Of a DNA stretch of 64,000 nucleotides, positions 41,476 to 55,968 are shown in pieces. Source of the DNA: Paramecium tetraurelia (taxonomy: Eukaryota); the NCBI GenBank assembly GCA_000165425.1, contig CT868064.1:1-64000 (forward strand), read 5' to 3'. Under the pieces are notes generated by a model. That model was not told where the DNA came from, did not search any database, and saw only the letters and a list, made by a program, of their open reading frames with translations. How positions within the stretch are numbered: position 1 is the first letter of the stretch; the number at the start of each line of letters is the position of its first letter. The position numbers were made by a program, and so were the translations under genes.

Positions 41476-44400
41476 ATGAGAATTTCATTGATAGCTAACT
41501 TAACAATTATAGCTCATTCGTAACACAAGAATTCCGGAGAAGATACAATCGCTAAGCTGTTAGTCATCGTGCCTTACATTCAATATGTATCACTACTATT
41601 GCCCTAGCATGGATGGTAATATTGGAAATATAACGATGGTTATTTAATTTTTCTATCAAAAGCATCCTCCTATTTCACTATTACTCCCTTTTTCGAATTT
41701 CAAAATAATTTCATTTACTATCCTTTTACAATTTTTAGTCTCATTATACTATTAAGTCTTATATTTTACTTGTGTTTTTTCAGTTTAGAAGTGAATTCAA
41801 ACAAACAGAAAGTAAAGTATTTGGAAGGGAGAACCAGTCTCTTGTGTTCAATTATATTATTCACAATTTACACGCTGCAAATACCATGTTATAAGTTTTA
41901 CATTTAACAAATTATAGATGCTAATAATAAAAATTAGACAAATTAACTAATCGTTAATATCTGCACACTAATTTTATACTCTGTTTATGTTTTAGTATGT
42001 GAATATCTTTTAAGAATGTATTCTTTTATTGCTTATCATCCAATGTAATAAAAATTTACAAAGTTGAGAAGTTCTATAATATTATTGAATTTAATTGCTA
42101 TAGTCTTGACTTTAGATAATTAATCCAAATTATATAATCTTGTTGGTTTGTTTATATTGCATCTAATCTTTATCATTAAAATCGTAAATCATTTATACTA
42201 TCAATCCGATGTTCCGCATAAAAATATGGTAGATTTTGAAATCTCATTCACTCTTGAATCATTGGCACTTTTGATAACCTTCAATGTCTTATCCGAAAAT
42301 AAGATTTTTCCAGAAAATTAAATAGCTATCTACATTATGTTCATTTTGAGTCTAGGAATAATTTTGGGAAATCATATCTATTTATTTCTTTTTCAGTATA
42401 ATTTCAATGAAAAAACTAGACAATTGAATCAAATTTATGAATTATACTCCTACATTTGCCAAATTAATTCAAACTCTATAACTTAGCAACATTTACTGAT
42501 CTATCAGTTGATTAATAGTTCAAAGTTTTCAAAATTTAAACATAAAGCTATTATTAGCAATAAATGTGTAAATATGGTTGAGTATTACAAGTTAGGATTG
42601 TATTTAATTTCTGAAATCTTTCTTGATCTAATTAGTGGAGAAAAAAATGAATTGGAAGAAATATAATTGCTCTTTGTTTCTTTTGTAGCTCTTGTTAGAA
42701 AGAAACCACTTGTTGCTTATGTTGAATTTAAGAAATTTGAATAAAATAGTAATTACACTAAATCTTATTATTTTGGATTTATTAAAAACAGAATTGAATT
42801 ACATCTACAAAGACGAATATCTGCTGTTCAAAAGATTTATCAAAATGAATAATTATAGTCAGAAAAAAATAATGTCAGTATTGAAAAAAGAATTACAACC
42901 CTTGAACTTTTTTAATTTTGTTAATTGGAGGAGACTTTCTAAAAAGATCTTCTGGAGATTATTTAAACTAAAATAAAAATCTGGGAATTCCAAATCTAAG
43001 GATGCCAATCAATTTACGATTTTTAAACAGTTGCACTTCCTTTGAGTAAAAAAATAGTAGATTGCATTATTTATTTAAGAGGATAGTAAATCAATGTAAT
43101 TAAAGATGAGTTTATAAAAACATGTGAAAATATTTTAACTTTGAAGATTTGTTCTATGTTTCATAGTTTTGTTTTAAATGACTACTATAATTCTTTTTTA
43201 TGCGAATAGAAAATTTCTTCCATCATGAAAGCAGAAACTGTCTCTCAATAAAAAATATTATCAAGATCTAATATCTTATTAGATAACTCTGTATTGGTTA
43301 TTGTAAGTATGGTTAAACAATTAGGGTAAATACTGAATAAAAATAAGAGTCAACTTGCAAATTATTTTGGATTTTCATAAATGGATTTCAATTAAATCAA
43401 TAATATTAGAGAACTGATGCCTAAACATTTTGCCTATTAACATGATGCTTTCCTTTTATCCTATATCAAAGAAGCAAAGACAGATCTTGTGTTTAGAGAT
43501 TCCTTAACGTTTGCAAAAGGTAAAAATGGATTTTTAATACCTTAATATCTTAATATCTATAATAACTACAATATCTTTGATGATTTTACTTTAATTGGTA
43601 GTCTGACAAAAATAAAAGAATCTCATAATTATCTTTTATTTGATGAATATGGAAAGTGTATAGGCATCACAAAAGAGATGAGTTAACTATTGATACCAAG
43701 AGAAAACTAAGAATTTTTTTTATAGAACATCGAGCTATTTTTTATCTACATGTTTCTTCCACATATTCATATGTATGTTAATGATATGCTTCAAAATAAC
43801 AATAAAGAAGGAGGATTTTTATAAAAATCAGTCATTCTTTATGTTTATTAAGATTTAATTTAATTATCCAAAATTCATGAATCAATTTTCTCAACTTATA
43901 AAGCTTAATCTATAAAGTAAATTGAATAAACTAAAACATATACTTAATTTGAATATCTAAATTCCATGGTTAATAGTCCAAGAAATGGAATGAATCAGAG
44001 ATTGATTACTGATATAAAGCCAAACTAAAACTAGCTTTAGGATGAAATCATTATGGTAGATACAAATAGAGAACAGTAAAATAATTCAAAAAAAGAAGGA
44101 AAATCTGCATCATCTGCGGCAGAATAATAAAAAGAATAATAGACAGAATAATAGAAAGAATAATAAATGATTGAGTTTTTAAATGCTATAGATGTAATTA
44201 TATAAATATCTTTAGGATTTATAAAAGACGATGTACTTATGTACTGCAAAAATACATATGGCTGATATAGGTAGAAAAGGAAATAAACAAAATTATTTTA
44301 TTTTAGATTGCTCTGATTTTATTGATAGAGGGAATCTTAAAGAAGATGAAAAGAAGCTAATAAAAACACAATAAAGTTAATTGCGTAATATTAAAACTAG

Positions 44401-46693
44401 AAATTATATCAGAAGACCAAGTTAAATCATTTAATCTCAATCAAATCACAAGAGTTCTGAATAGTAGATGGAATCTTCAATAATGAGCCCCTTAGGATCT
44501 CAAGTGCACTAATCGAGCTTTCTTGATAAAAATTCTAGGTCAAAAAAAATATTGAATTATATCAACTAAAAGAGAACTAATTAGATTGGTAGAATAACTT
44601 AAGTAGAATCAGAGAGTCTACATGAAGAGATTATTAGCAATGATTTTAACTAGATTATATAAAAAAAGAATGAACTTAAATCCAACTAAGAGCTTTTGCT
44701 TAAATCTTAATCAAGTAGTAAGTCAGGTTAATCTGGATAAACAGCGATTGAAATAGTAAACAATTTTAAAACTCGAACTTCTCTAATCTCAAGCCTAACA
44801 ATAATCTCTATCTTGAAATTAATCATAATTCTACTGTTCCTTGTATTCATGTTCATCAACTTGACCTAGGTCATGACCTTCAATAATCAAGCAAAGAATT
44901 TTTTATCGGATATTAATTTACCAATCAGCTTTAACAAATATTTTTTAAATGTATTTACTCATTCTTGGATAATTTTAATGTAGAAGATTAAGATCTTAAA
45001 TACAAGCTAATTTATCTAAAACCAACTCCAAGACTAAAGAGTTAGTATGTTGAGCACATTTTAAAATCTGACAATTATGTACGGAAACTTTATAGCCTTA
45101 GAAGAAAATCGTTATTTAGACGAAATCTCAATAGTGCATCCAGATGAAAATCTCTAGGTAGAAGAAGTAGAGTTTACCGATTATCTGTTTTACCTTGAAT
45201 AAGTAGGTTTTAGATTATTATATAGTGATAATGAAAAAGACTTTTCAAGCAATCTTTTAAAATACAGGATAAATTTTGAAAATATTATCGTAAACAATGA
45301 TAAACTTATTTTATCCTTGAGCAACTATTATGAGGTTCAATAAAATGGAAAAATATCAAAATTTTTCAATTTAATTCTAGTTTAAATAATAGTGATTGGA
45401 AGTGTTATTATATCATAATTATATTTTTGGAGAAAAATAGAGCTTTATTGTTAAAGAATACTGATGTTATCAAATAGACTAAGTGAAAAAGCAGCAGAAT
45501 AGTAGATTAGCAAATTCAAAATCATAATCTCAGTGATTAAGTAATTATATGGCGAATTTGGCTATAAATAGAGAAATTGTTATAAGCTTTGTTATACTGA
45601 AAAATCATTCAAGAAAAAAAATTTTAGGTCAATATCCAAAATGAAACATCGAGAATCCATTTTACAACAAAATAGTTAAAAAATATTTGAAACTTAAATG
45701 AAACAATCTTAATAATCAACTATTCCCTTAAATTCAAGAATATAAAAACCTTCCATCAAATTGATGATTAAAAGTATTACAGTATTGTTCTTTGTTATCA
45801 TAATAGTGTTGTATTTCATAGGCTGTTATCTGATATTTAAGGATCAAACCTAACAATTGTCACCTCCTCAAGATTTAGCTATGGGGTATATCTAATTTTA
45901 CATAGATTTTGAAAATACAATTGCTATTTCACTAATAATAAAATCAGAATTTTAGATTTATACTTTCATGAAAGACTCAATTCCATTTTATGCAAAGACA
46001 GTCAATAAATATTTACAATAATCAAATACTATCCAACTTTTACAAAGTGTGTATAGTTTTGATCATAGTAATTTAAATGATATCTATGATCGTATCATAG
46101 AATCTGATGCTTTGAAAGGGGAAGACGAAACATTTATATTAAGTCTGTATAATGGAGATTTTTGCTAGCTATTTCAATCAAAAATAGCATTCTGCAATAA
46201 GGATATGAGTAAAATAAATTTTGAAAGTAAATTTGGACAATATGCAAATAAAGATAATAATTCTGATTATCTCAGTAAGGGAATTTCTGGCATGGTGAGT
46301 AAACTGGATAATTTCTTAACCTAATATTATGAAACTGAAATTCTAACAGGATAACCAGTTAATGATTTTGCCTTATTGAATTCTTAAATAAATACATAGG
46401 ATTTTAATAACATCATAATATAACATTATCTTGACACTTATAATGGATTTGAAGCATTTATTGCCAAGATTTAAGATTCCTTAATTAATCTGATACAAAA
46501 GCAGCAGAACAATTACAATATATATTAGATAGCAGTTGGTGTAATTTTTACTGTGTTTCTACTTTCCTCCTCAGCTTATATAGTAGTGAAAGTGAATTTA
46601 AGGTTGATTTATATTAGACTGCTAATAACTCTGCTGCCAATTGAAATTATGCTTGACATATATACCATATCTTTGCTGAAACTTCTAAAATGA
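41476..46693 (+). CDS. PAS-domain polytopic membrane protein (TmcB/TmcC-like), paralog of 29343-34753
   Basis: IQYVSLLLPQHGW, NYFGF..ELMPKHFAYQHDAFLLSYIKEA, GDFC..IAFC..YLSKGISGMVSKLD. Ends RLLITLLPIEIMLDIYTISLLKLLK. Confidence 0.8.
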
Positions 46694-46946
46694 ACTATTT
46701 ATTTATATTAATACTTGAAATTCTATTTATTTCTTCGTTTAGATTTATATTCATAATAATTTGATAATATGATTTAAGTCTTTTTCCTCTTAGTTCAGAT
46801 AATGAAATCAATAACATTTCTTTTGATCCCATGATAAATGAATCATAATGGCCATTAAAATTTTATATTAACATACATATAATTAAATATTCATTCTAGT
46901 AATAAATATTTTAAACTCTTTGTGTTACGTGTAATTAAATAATTTA

Positions 46947-49305
46947 ATGAAGTTGTTCCTACTTTTATCACTAATTCTTATAGCTTCTCAAGGTAGAAAA
47001 ATCATTAAAAAACACGTCAAGGGTGAGAGACATTCAAGATAACCTGATTTCGATCCCAATTAATTAAATAATGATGATTTAATTGACAAGTTTAGTGAAT
47101 CTGAAATCCAAATTTCAGAACACTTATCTATTGGTGAAGACATTATTGATATAATAAACAAACAAACAATTGAATATGAAAGCTAAACTAATTAACAATA
47201 ACAATAATAATAATAATAATAACAATAAGAAGATATAACATCAACAAATGAACAATCAGATTAGATTGATCTAGAATAAGTAGAGTTTGATTAATTACTA
47301 TAATAACTAGCAAATGAAAATCATGACATAGATGTAGATATACCCCTTATTAAAGAAGATGTTATATAAAACAATAATTTTAATGAGTAAGTTGAAACTA
47401 AACCTGATGATTAAATTTAACATCATTAGGATGATTAATAAAATAGCGATTAGTTTGAATAAGTTAATGATGCTAATGCTTAAAATAATGTTGAACCCAT
47501 TCTTCCTATTGCACTTGAAGAATAAATATAACATTAAGAAGAAGTGAAATAATCTGAATAGGTTGAAATATAATTAGAATAAGAATAATAAGACATCCCT
47601 ATTTAGGTAGATTAGATTGATCTAAATGATTAGCCATAAACTATAGAAATCGATAGTTAAGATTAAACAGAATTGAAGTAGGAAGGACAACAGGAGTAAA
47701 TTCATGAGAACGAAGTGCTTACATAATAAGAGACTCAACCTTTAATAGAGAATTAAGTCGAAGATATATCTATCTAACAAGATAATCAACATTTAGAATC
47801 AAAGAATGTGGAGGAACTTGAATAAGTAGTAAACTTACATTAGAATATTCACTAGGATACCCAAAATGCATAAGAAATTATCAATTAATAAAATTTAGAA
47901 TTAGAAATTCAATAAATTACAATTGAAAATACATAAGACAATTCATAATAAGGTGATCAAGCAACAAATTAATAAACTGATGAATAAATGCAAGTTTAAG
48001 AAGAGATTCCACAATATTAAGAATAACCAATAAGCAAAGATTCAGAATATGTTGTAATAGAAGATAATATAAATACTGCTGAAATTATATAAGAAAATGT
48101 TGAATAATTATAAGTTTAAGAGAATGAACCAATAGTTGAAAATAATGAAAACATTCAAAATTAAGATGATATCCAATAATAGGAATAGGAGTAATCGTAG
48201 CAAAATTAAGAAATAATTGTGAATTTAGATGAATTATTAAATTAATAGTCAGAATAAATATCTAATCAAAATTTAGATTCAGAAGTTAATGAAGATATTT
48301 AAATCATTCCAGAATAAATAAGGGAAGAGAATTATGATCAAAGTCCAGAAATTCTAGAATAAGAATAATAAAATGAAATAAATAATAATGGTTAAAATGA
48401 TGATTAAATATAAGCAGAAATTTAATAAGATTAAGAAAATATTTTGATTGACCCTCATGCAAATGAATATGCAAATAATGGGCATTAAAATCATGATCAT
48501 CACCATCATCATGACCATGACGATCATCATCACGAACATCATGACCATCATAATCATTATGATATTCATCTTGACCATATTAATAATGCAATATTAAATG
48601 ATTAAATTCAAAATGAAAACTAAAATGATAGTAATCCAACCGATCCCAATAACTCAATATCACAATAACCATCATGCTCATTCGATAATAAATTATCTTG
48701 CTCAGGTGATACTCATACATAATATAGTACTGGGGTGGAGACAGAAAATAAACCTCTTAATTAAGAAGAATTGTTATAATACGTTCTAACTCATTCCTAT
48801 TTATAATATTATACGAATTATCCAGTGTAATTTTTTGGTGTTTTGGCTAATGTATTTCTATTTTCTTTGGTGATCTTGAAAAATCTAGTAACAAAGAAAC
48901 AAACTCCATATTCAGTAACAATTATCAATTTATTATTAGACACAAATTAGCAATGAATAATACAATGAAGATAATGGAGACAATTCTTAATTTTAGTATT
49001 AAATTAACTCATTAGACACTATTTTATCAGAAATAAATACTAAATTGGATACTCTTACAAAATCTTATCAAAAGATGTAGAAAGATCATCAATTGATTAA
49101 TTAAAGTATTAAATTCTTTATATTAATAGTTATAAATGACCTTTAAACAAAAGTACTTGCGAATTTAGAAAAAAAAAAACTGAAAGAATCTTGTAAATCT
49201 CTGAATGAAAGTAATGAAGATGATTAAGGAGTAAGATAAAAAAGAACTTAAACACAGATAAAACCTCGATAGCGACCGACAACCCCAATTTAAAGATAAT
49301 ATTGA
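46947..49305 (+). CDS. Predicted type I membrane protein: signal peptide, long acidic Q/E/D/N-rich domain, His-rich tract, TM helix, cytosolic tail
   Basis: MKLFLLLSLILIASQG; HDHHHHHDHDDHHHEHHDHHNHYDIHLDH at about 48490-48580; TM FFGVLANVFLFSLVIL at about 48830-48880. Confidence 0.7.
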
Positions 49306-49435
49306 TTATGTATATTTAATTTCAAGAATAATACCCTTACTAAAAAGGATTGATATAAAATTGTTGCTTTCCAAATTTTTGTTCAATTATCAAATTTGCA
49401 TTATTTAATCTATATATAAAATAATAATAAACAAA

Positions 49436-50802
49436 ATGGATACTGAGGAAAAGTACAATCTGTTGATAATTGGGGGAGGACATGCTTCTTTTAAATTTTT
49501 ATATAATTTATTCAGAACATCAAGGATGTAGTTCTAATTTAAATTAAGATTGCCAGAATATGTGAATGGATTAGGAATTGGGATTCTTGAAAAGGGCAAA
49601 TGCTTTGGTTCTGGAAATCTAGAAAATAAGATGAATTAAACAACATATCCAGCAAACTGAATTGCTGAAATTCATGTATTTTCATTCAACCAATTAAATG
49701 ATATCAATTTGTAAAGATCTAACAGATACTCAGGCATATAAAACTCTTTATTAATATGGAGAGAAATGCCACCAAAATCATTAGTAGGATTCTTTTTAAG
49801 ATTGTTGGGAATTGCGTTTTTGAAACATATATACACTTTAAAAAAATTGCGAATACTTCATTTTCAAAGAGAAGCAATAGCGATAAGACTTTTGGCTGAT
49901 GAATAGTTTTAGATAAGAACACAGAGCTTATCGTAAAAGTTTTGAAATAATTTGTAAAAAATATATAATTGTATAATTTGCAAATCATTGAAATGCTCAT
50001 GTTTGGATCCCTTATATTTTCAGATCAAATTATATTGTGTTTGGAACATTGATTTACTCAATACCATAAAAATATATCTGGCATCACACAGTAAGACATC
50101 ATTATCTAAGGATGTTGCATTACCTGAATACAAAAGGGGGAATTAAAATTAATGTTTCTACAGTTCCACGACCATATTTTAGTAATCATTAGAATGAATA
50201 CATAACTATTCCATAGTCATAGACTAATAAAAAAGGAGAATCAAATTATCTAACTGGATTGAGAAGGAATTCAAAAATTTTATTCTTAAAATGCTTGCCA
50301 CCTAGGAAGCTAGGGTTTAACTTACTTAAGGTGATCCTAATTCAAATCAATTTATTGAAGGAAAGGAATGCAAATGCAATCATATTGAAATCAAGGATAC
50401 AGATTGCAATTTAGTTGAAATTTAATATAGTTTTGGCTTATATTAATTTGATGATCAACCAGGCTGAAAACATAGAAGAGGAGTATTAGAAACTTATTTT
50501 GTTATGGTTCAAATTGTACAACACAAGAGCATTTGAAGTGAGGATGTTAAGATGAATATGGAGATTGTAGTATAGAATTTGATGAATATGACTTGTTCGT
50601 TTTAAACATCAGGAATGAAATCATTACTCAATGGTTTGACAATAAGGAATTTCCATTGACTGCTCAATCTCAAGTGTCTAAGGCTGGGGATTTTGACTCA
50701 GATCCAAGTGTTCATTCTGAAGTGATGGAAACAGAAACTTTTACTTTAAATTAATTAAAACAGTAATTCAAATAGAAGAAACAAAAGAAATAATACAAAT
50801 GA
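49436..50802 (+). pseudogene. Disrupted FAD/NAD(P)-binding (Rossmann-fold) protein gene
   Basis: KYNLLIIGGGHAS and IGILEKGKCFGSG, then an in-frame TGA at about 49658, a frameshift near 49765 and further stops. Confidence 0.55.
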
Positions 50803-50870
50803 AGAATGTGAAGATATTTATGATATGAATTGATAATAGACACTATACAAAAGAATATTAAAACCTATAA

Positions 50871-53632
50871 TCAATCTTTCACTTCTTCTTCTTCTTCCTC
50901 CTCCTCTATCTTAAAACAATCCTACTCAATTTTATTGTCTCTATACAAGTTGACCATAGTCTTTTTATCAATCAACTCATCGAACATAAGTTCAAATCTA
51001 TTATTTTCTAAGACATTATCAGGAATGAATAGTTTTTTATTCAGAGGCCATTCCTCAAAAAAAGGGGGAGGAAATATTGGATCAATGGCAATTCTAATAT
51101 TTATAGTGTCAAGTACCTAAACAAATTTTCAACAAGGGTTGGAATAATTTTACTTAAAAGTGGACATGATAATTCTAGACATGGATTTGTATTAGCTTCA
51201 ATTAACCAAAGTTTAAAATTGTCATCTATCATAAAATCTAATCCAAAAAGCTAGATAGAATTTAGTTATTAATTTACTTCAAAACTATTTGATCTTCTTT
51301 ATTGATCTATCTTTCCATATGATGCTTTTATCAAATCCAAAGCAATCTACTTCATTTTGGGATAGATATCAACAAAAAAGTTCAATTTTTATTCTTTATG
51401 ATATGTATCCAGATATCTTTGATATTCTAGGAATGATATCTTATTTCCAAATTCATACTTTCCATAATCTTCATCTTTTGATTGAACTGCATCATTTGTT
51501 AAGTGAATGTATTTGTTCAGACATTTTGTAGTAAATTCCTTAGACGATGTTCTTATATATCCTTCTTAATACCAATATCCTTTTAAGACCCCATTCTAAG
51601 AGGTCAGGAGCATATAACATCTAATATCGAATTTTCTCTTGTTATACAAAAATGGATTATCTATGTATTACTAGATTATGTAAGTTCTCTATCTCCCATC
51701 AGGCTACTCTTCCATTATTGTCTTATTAATATCCAACAAGTCCTAGCAAACTGTTATCCCATTTCCCCTGTTTGTACATTCTCCAGGTTTCACTATCCAT
51801 AAATTTATTGGTTTGGCTTTCTTATCTTTCCGATAGTCCATATATATTCTCTTCTCTTACTCTCTTATCTCTTCTTGCCTTTTATTATAGTAGTCTACAA
51901 ATCTAAGATATTCTGGATCAGCTGTCCCTTGCTGAATGTGAAATGTAATTGGAATATACTTTGTATAATCTTCCTTAATTATTTTAAAATAGTTCCTCAT
52001 GTTATAAAATAGGGCTTTTTTATTTCCCAAATGCCAATTGTCTTACATATGATTGTGCATTCTATAATTTCTACTCTCAATTCGAATTGTAGTGTGAAAC
52101 TAATAATTATAAGAGAAATTGTACTCCTTTGATGTTGAATAGCAATTTTTCAGAACAATCGCTAAACACTAACTAAGTGTCCCATAAATTATTGTCCTTC
52201 ATATAAACCAGTAGTTTTTAGAGTTCATTTTAATTGAATATTCGCTTTAATTAAGTTAAATTACTAATTTATTAAAAAGCTTATTTGCCTTAAACATTAG
52301 TATTAAACAGTGGAATGGATCTAGTTTTGATACTAATTTCCAATTCTGAATCACTAGAATCAGCCACTGTATCTTCAATACTTTGAATAAATGAATCATT
52401 ATTATAATTTTAATCATTACTTAAAACATTAAAAGCTGTTAGATTTTCAATGCATGTATTTTATTTCAACTGAGTCCATATCAAATTAGCTTTTGTGAAA
52501 TCCATAGTTTCAATTTCTTGCCACCACCATCGCTAACGAAATAGGTTTTTAATCAAACTCGCATTATTTCCTTTACCGACATAAAAGTAATATGCTGGAA
52601 TTTCCATTTTATTAGGTGATTGGATGCATTAATTATTTGAAAAATTGATTTTATTTAAAAAACATCTATAAGATGTATGTCTCAATTGTAATTTGTCTTT
52701 TAATAGATTTTATTGTTAGCTTAAGGAAATTAAGGTATTTTGTTTTTGGGCTATATTTGGTTAAGTATTTTATTTGCTAGATACAATCTACAATTATTAT
52801 TATTATTATTAGATAGTTTAAGCCTATCTTGTTTTTCTTTTCACTTGAAGTTTCTTGTCTGATGGTTCTATCACCTTAATCGAAGATTTTTAAATAGTCA
52901 GTACTTTGTTTGTATTTTAGGTGTATCTCCTTTCTTTGCCTTAATTCTATTTATGATTCGAGATGGTCATTTTTTAAGGTTTTTAATTTTTTGACTTTGA
53001 TCGCTAAGTAGAAGATCCAGATCTGCTAGTCAAATTTTCCCTTTACAGAGGCTTATAGATAAATGGGGTAGAAGATGTTCTGCATACTTTATCCTTTTCT
53101 AATGATTGGCCTGGCGTTTTCTTATTGCTTTTTCTATGAATCCTTGGACTTACTAATTTACTACTTTTGGATGAATATAATTCAATTGGTTCCTTCTCTC
53201 TTGATTGAATTCGAATTAATGGCTTCTTAGGTATTAACTAGAGAGGAGGTAAAGCCTTCTTGACTTCTATCGAGTATAAATATAGAAATTACGCTTATCA
53301 ATTTCTGAAAAAGTTGGATTTGATTTAAGATTGTAATAGGGGTGTTCTTGCTTGATTTCTGAAGGGAATTCTTTATTATTAGAGAAGGTTTCATTAATGA
53401 GTAGATTTTTCATTTTATTATTGTTAAGAGGGGCAAGTCCTTTGGAGACTAAGCACAACAACATGTCATCAGGGTATTTAGGAGGGAGTTTATTCCTTTG
53501 AGTGAGTTGTTAATGGTCATTCCTATGGGTATTGGGAATAATCAATTTAGGATGTTGCATGGAATGATAATCTTTGCTGCTATTCAAAGATTCTGACAAT
53601 TTTGTGTTGTATCGAAGTTGGAAGATCATCAT
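50871..53632 (-). CDS. Tubulin-tyrosine-ligase-like (TTLL) protein, probably glycylase-type
   Basis: YVGKGNN..FRQRWWW, WIVKPGECTNRGNGI, IIQQYIDNPFLYNKRKFDIRCY, EGYIRTSS, HLTNDAVQ, FGLDFMID..WLIEANTNPCL. Confidence 0.9.
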
Positions 53633-53749
53633 ATTATTAAATTTAATTAATTAAACTTAGACCTTGAAATAACTAGAAATTTTATTTATTGTGATCTGCA
53701 ATATTAATAATAAGATGATAAATTTGATTCATATCACAAATTAAATATT

Positions 53750-55210
53750 TCAGATAGAACCTTCCTTTTGTTTGTCTTTTCCTTCATAAAACTTAATGTA
53801 TTAACTCACCATCTCATTCACTTAAGGTTTAGTGACTCTTTCACCATCACTTTTGATCATTTTTCTAAATAAACAGAAGCCAAGTAAAAAGAATAATACA
53901 ACAAATGCAGCTAGAATCAATAAATATGAAATAATAGATTAATCTAGTACTGGAGGTTAATAGCCTTCAATTTCTGAACTACATTCAGGTGGTGGTGTTA
54001 AAAAGCCTACGTTGAAATAATAGAATTACTGTTGCAAATCTCTCCGAAGATGCCTTATCCCGAGAACTACCCTTTGTAAGTCATAGAGTTGACTAGAACT
54101 GCTGGAAATACATTTATTCCAGAAACTTAGTATATGTGCAATTAATTTTCTAGTAAAAGATTGATAGCATTAGATTCATTTTTGGTTGGTTGGGAAGTAT
54201 GTTGGTCCACAAATGATCCATCAAAACAATTTTGAACTTCAGTTTTAGAGATCCCTTGTGCTTCCATTATTTATTGACTACAAACAGAGTAGGCTTAAGG
54301 CTTAGAACATTTGAAATTGAATTAGTCCTAAATAAATAGCTTGAATTGAATACCATATACGAAAACCATTTCTCTGGGTATTTTTAGAATATGCATGTTT
54401 ATCTTAAAATCTCATAGACTACATCTTTGCCAGTTCCAATGCCATAACCATCAGGATCAAACACACAATATCTATTTGAACAAATACAATCAGCATCCTT
54501 TTGATTCACAATTGGAGTTGTATCATTAAAACTCATCATAAAATATACAAGAGTGTAATTGATATCTTGATTTTTCAACTATTAGTAGTATGGTTAATAT
54601 TCATCAATAATTCTGAAAGATTCTCGATTTTGAATATTCAGTCCAAAAATGACTGATACTTTATCAGTTTAGACAACATCAAACTTTAAAAGCATCATGA
54701 TCTTTAAATCATTTGGGTCCTCTACTTTATAGGACTGAGCATTCTTAGTTAAAATATCGAAATGCTTTTTTTTGATGAAGATGGATGGGATTGATACCTA
54801 AGATAAAACTTGGAATATAAACTTAATATCCATAACCATCATCAGCCATAGTAAAATCATATTGCATTTGTTCGTCATTGTAATTCCCAATGATTGCCAT
54901 TTAATATCCAGCTTTCTCAGCATTCTTGACTTTAGTGACAAATGTACAGTTCCCTCTTTCAATCAAGATAAAATGAGCTCCATAAGTAGGTCGAAGATCA
55001 CTACATCCATTTTGTGGATAAGCCACATCTACTATTCCCATCAAACGATGTCCAAATGGTATAATTCTAGTTTTTGTAGACAACAACAATATACCCAAAA
55101 TTGGCTATACTATAATCAATGTACTCATTAATTAGGTTTTATGGCCTGATAACTTTGAGTTTAGACTAAATAACCGTAATAATGCAAATGAGTAGGAGAA
55201 TATTATACAT
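53750..55210 (-). CDS. PA-domain vacuolar sorting receptor (VSR/BP-80)-like type I membrane protein
   Basis: Signal peptide, YSIANFGIIPFG, LIERGNCTFVTKVKNAEKAG, IPSIFI, CICSNRYCVFDPD..GTGKDVVYEILRQTC, a C-terminal TM helix and VNEMVSQY. Confidence 0.85.
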
Positions 55211-55361
55211 AATTTAAAAATAATTGTGTCATCGATTATTAGTTTTGGATTAGATTAATACAATCGACATAAAATGTGAAGACATTACTCACAAGGTATT
55301 GCCTTGCATTATTATTCTCTGATTGAGCCAATTGCATTATTTTCTAAAATTAAGAAAATTC

Positions 55362-55904
55362 ATGTATTATATTGATTTTTTTGTTAGTAGAAGTGACTTT
55401 TACAAACAACCTTTCCCCAATATCGGTTTAAAATCAATAGAAGAGTTCTTCTCAGAGAGAAACGAAATGTAAAAAGTAGGATTGACTTCAGATGACAATA
55501 TACACTAACAAATCATGACTAATGAATAGTATTTGTAGGATCCAAATAAAATTGAAGCTCAGAAATAAATCCAAATGGCAAATCAAGGGTTATTAGAAGA
55601 GTTAAATGATTCATTTGCAGATTCTTATGTAGATTCCTAAAACCTAAACAAAAAATCAATATTTCTCAAAGGTGCTAAAATAGTGAAATAGTTAGTTGGC
55701 AAGATACTTCATTTCAGAAACAACAACAGAATGTAAAGTAAAAAAAGGAAGGATATTAAATGCACCTGTAAAAAAAATTAATGTTGCAATCTTTATTGTG
55801 GGTGTTATTAGATATAAAAACATTGCACGAAATCATGTAAATGCAACAAAATCGAATGTCACAATATGCCTAATACAAGTTCCTAATATTAATAATTACG
55901 ATGA
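55362..55904 (+). CDS. Tesmin/TSO1-like CXC (CRC) domain protein, 180 aa
   Basis: Open 543-nt frame with C-terminal CTCKKNQCCNLYCGCYQIQKHCTKSCKCNKIECHN. Confidence 0.8.
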
Positions 55905-55968
55905 TATTTTAATTAATAAATTTTAATCTCTATTCCAAAAATGTTGAAATTCGTTTATTTTATTATAA

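Noticed and set aside
47185..47230. (TAA/CAA)n runs here and elsewhere as microsatellites or stop clusters
   Set aside because: They are poly-Gln codons in code 6 within CDSs.
48354..48578. Met-rich minus-strand ORF
   Set aside because: It is the antisense of the His/Asp (CAT/GAT) tract.
49650..49665. In-frame TGA in the FAD-binding gene as selenocysteine or readthrough
   Set aside because: Additional frameshifts and stops follow, and I saw no redox motif or SECIS, so a pseudogene is the simpler explanation.
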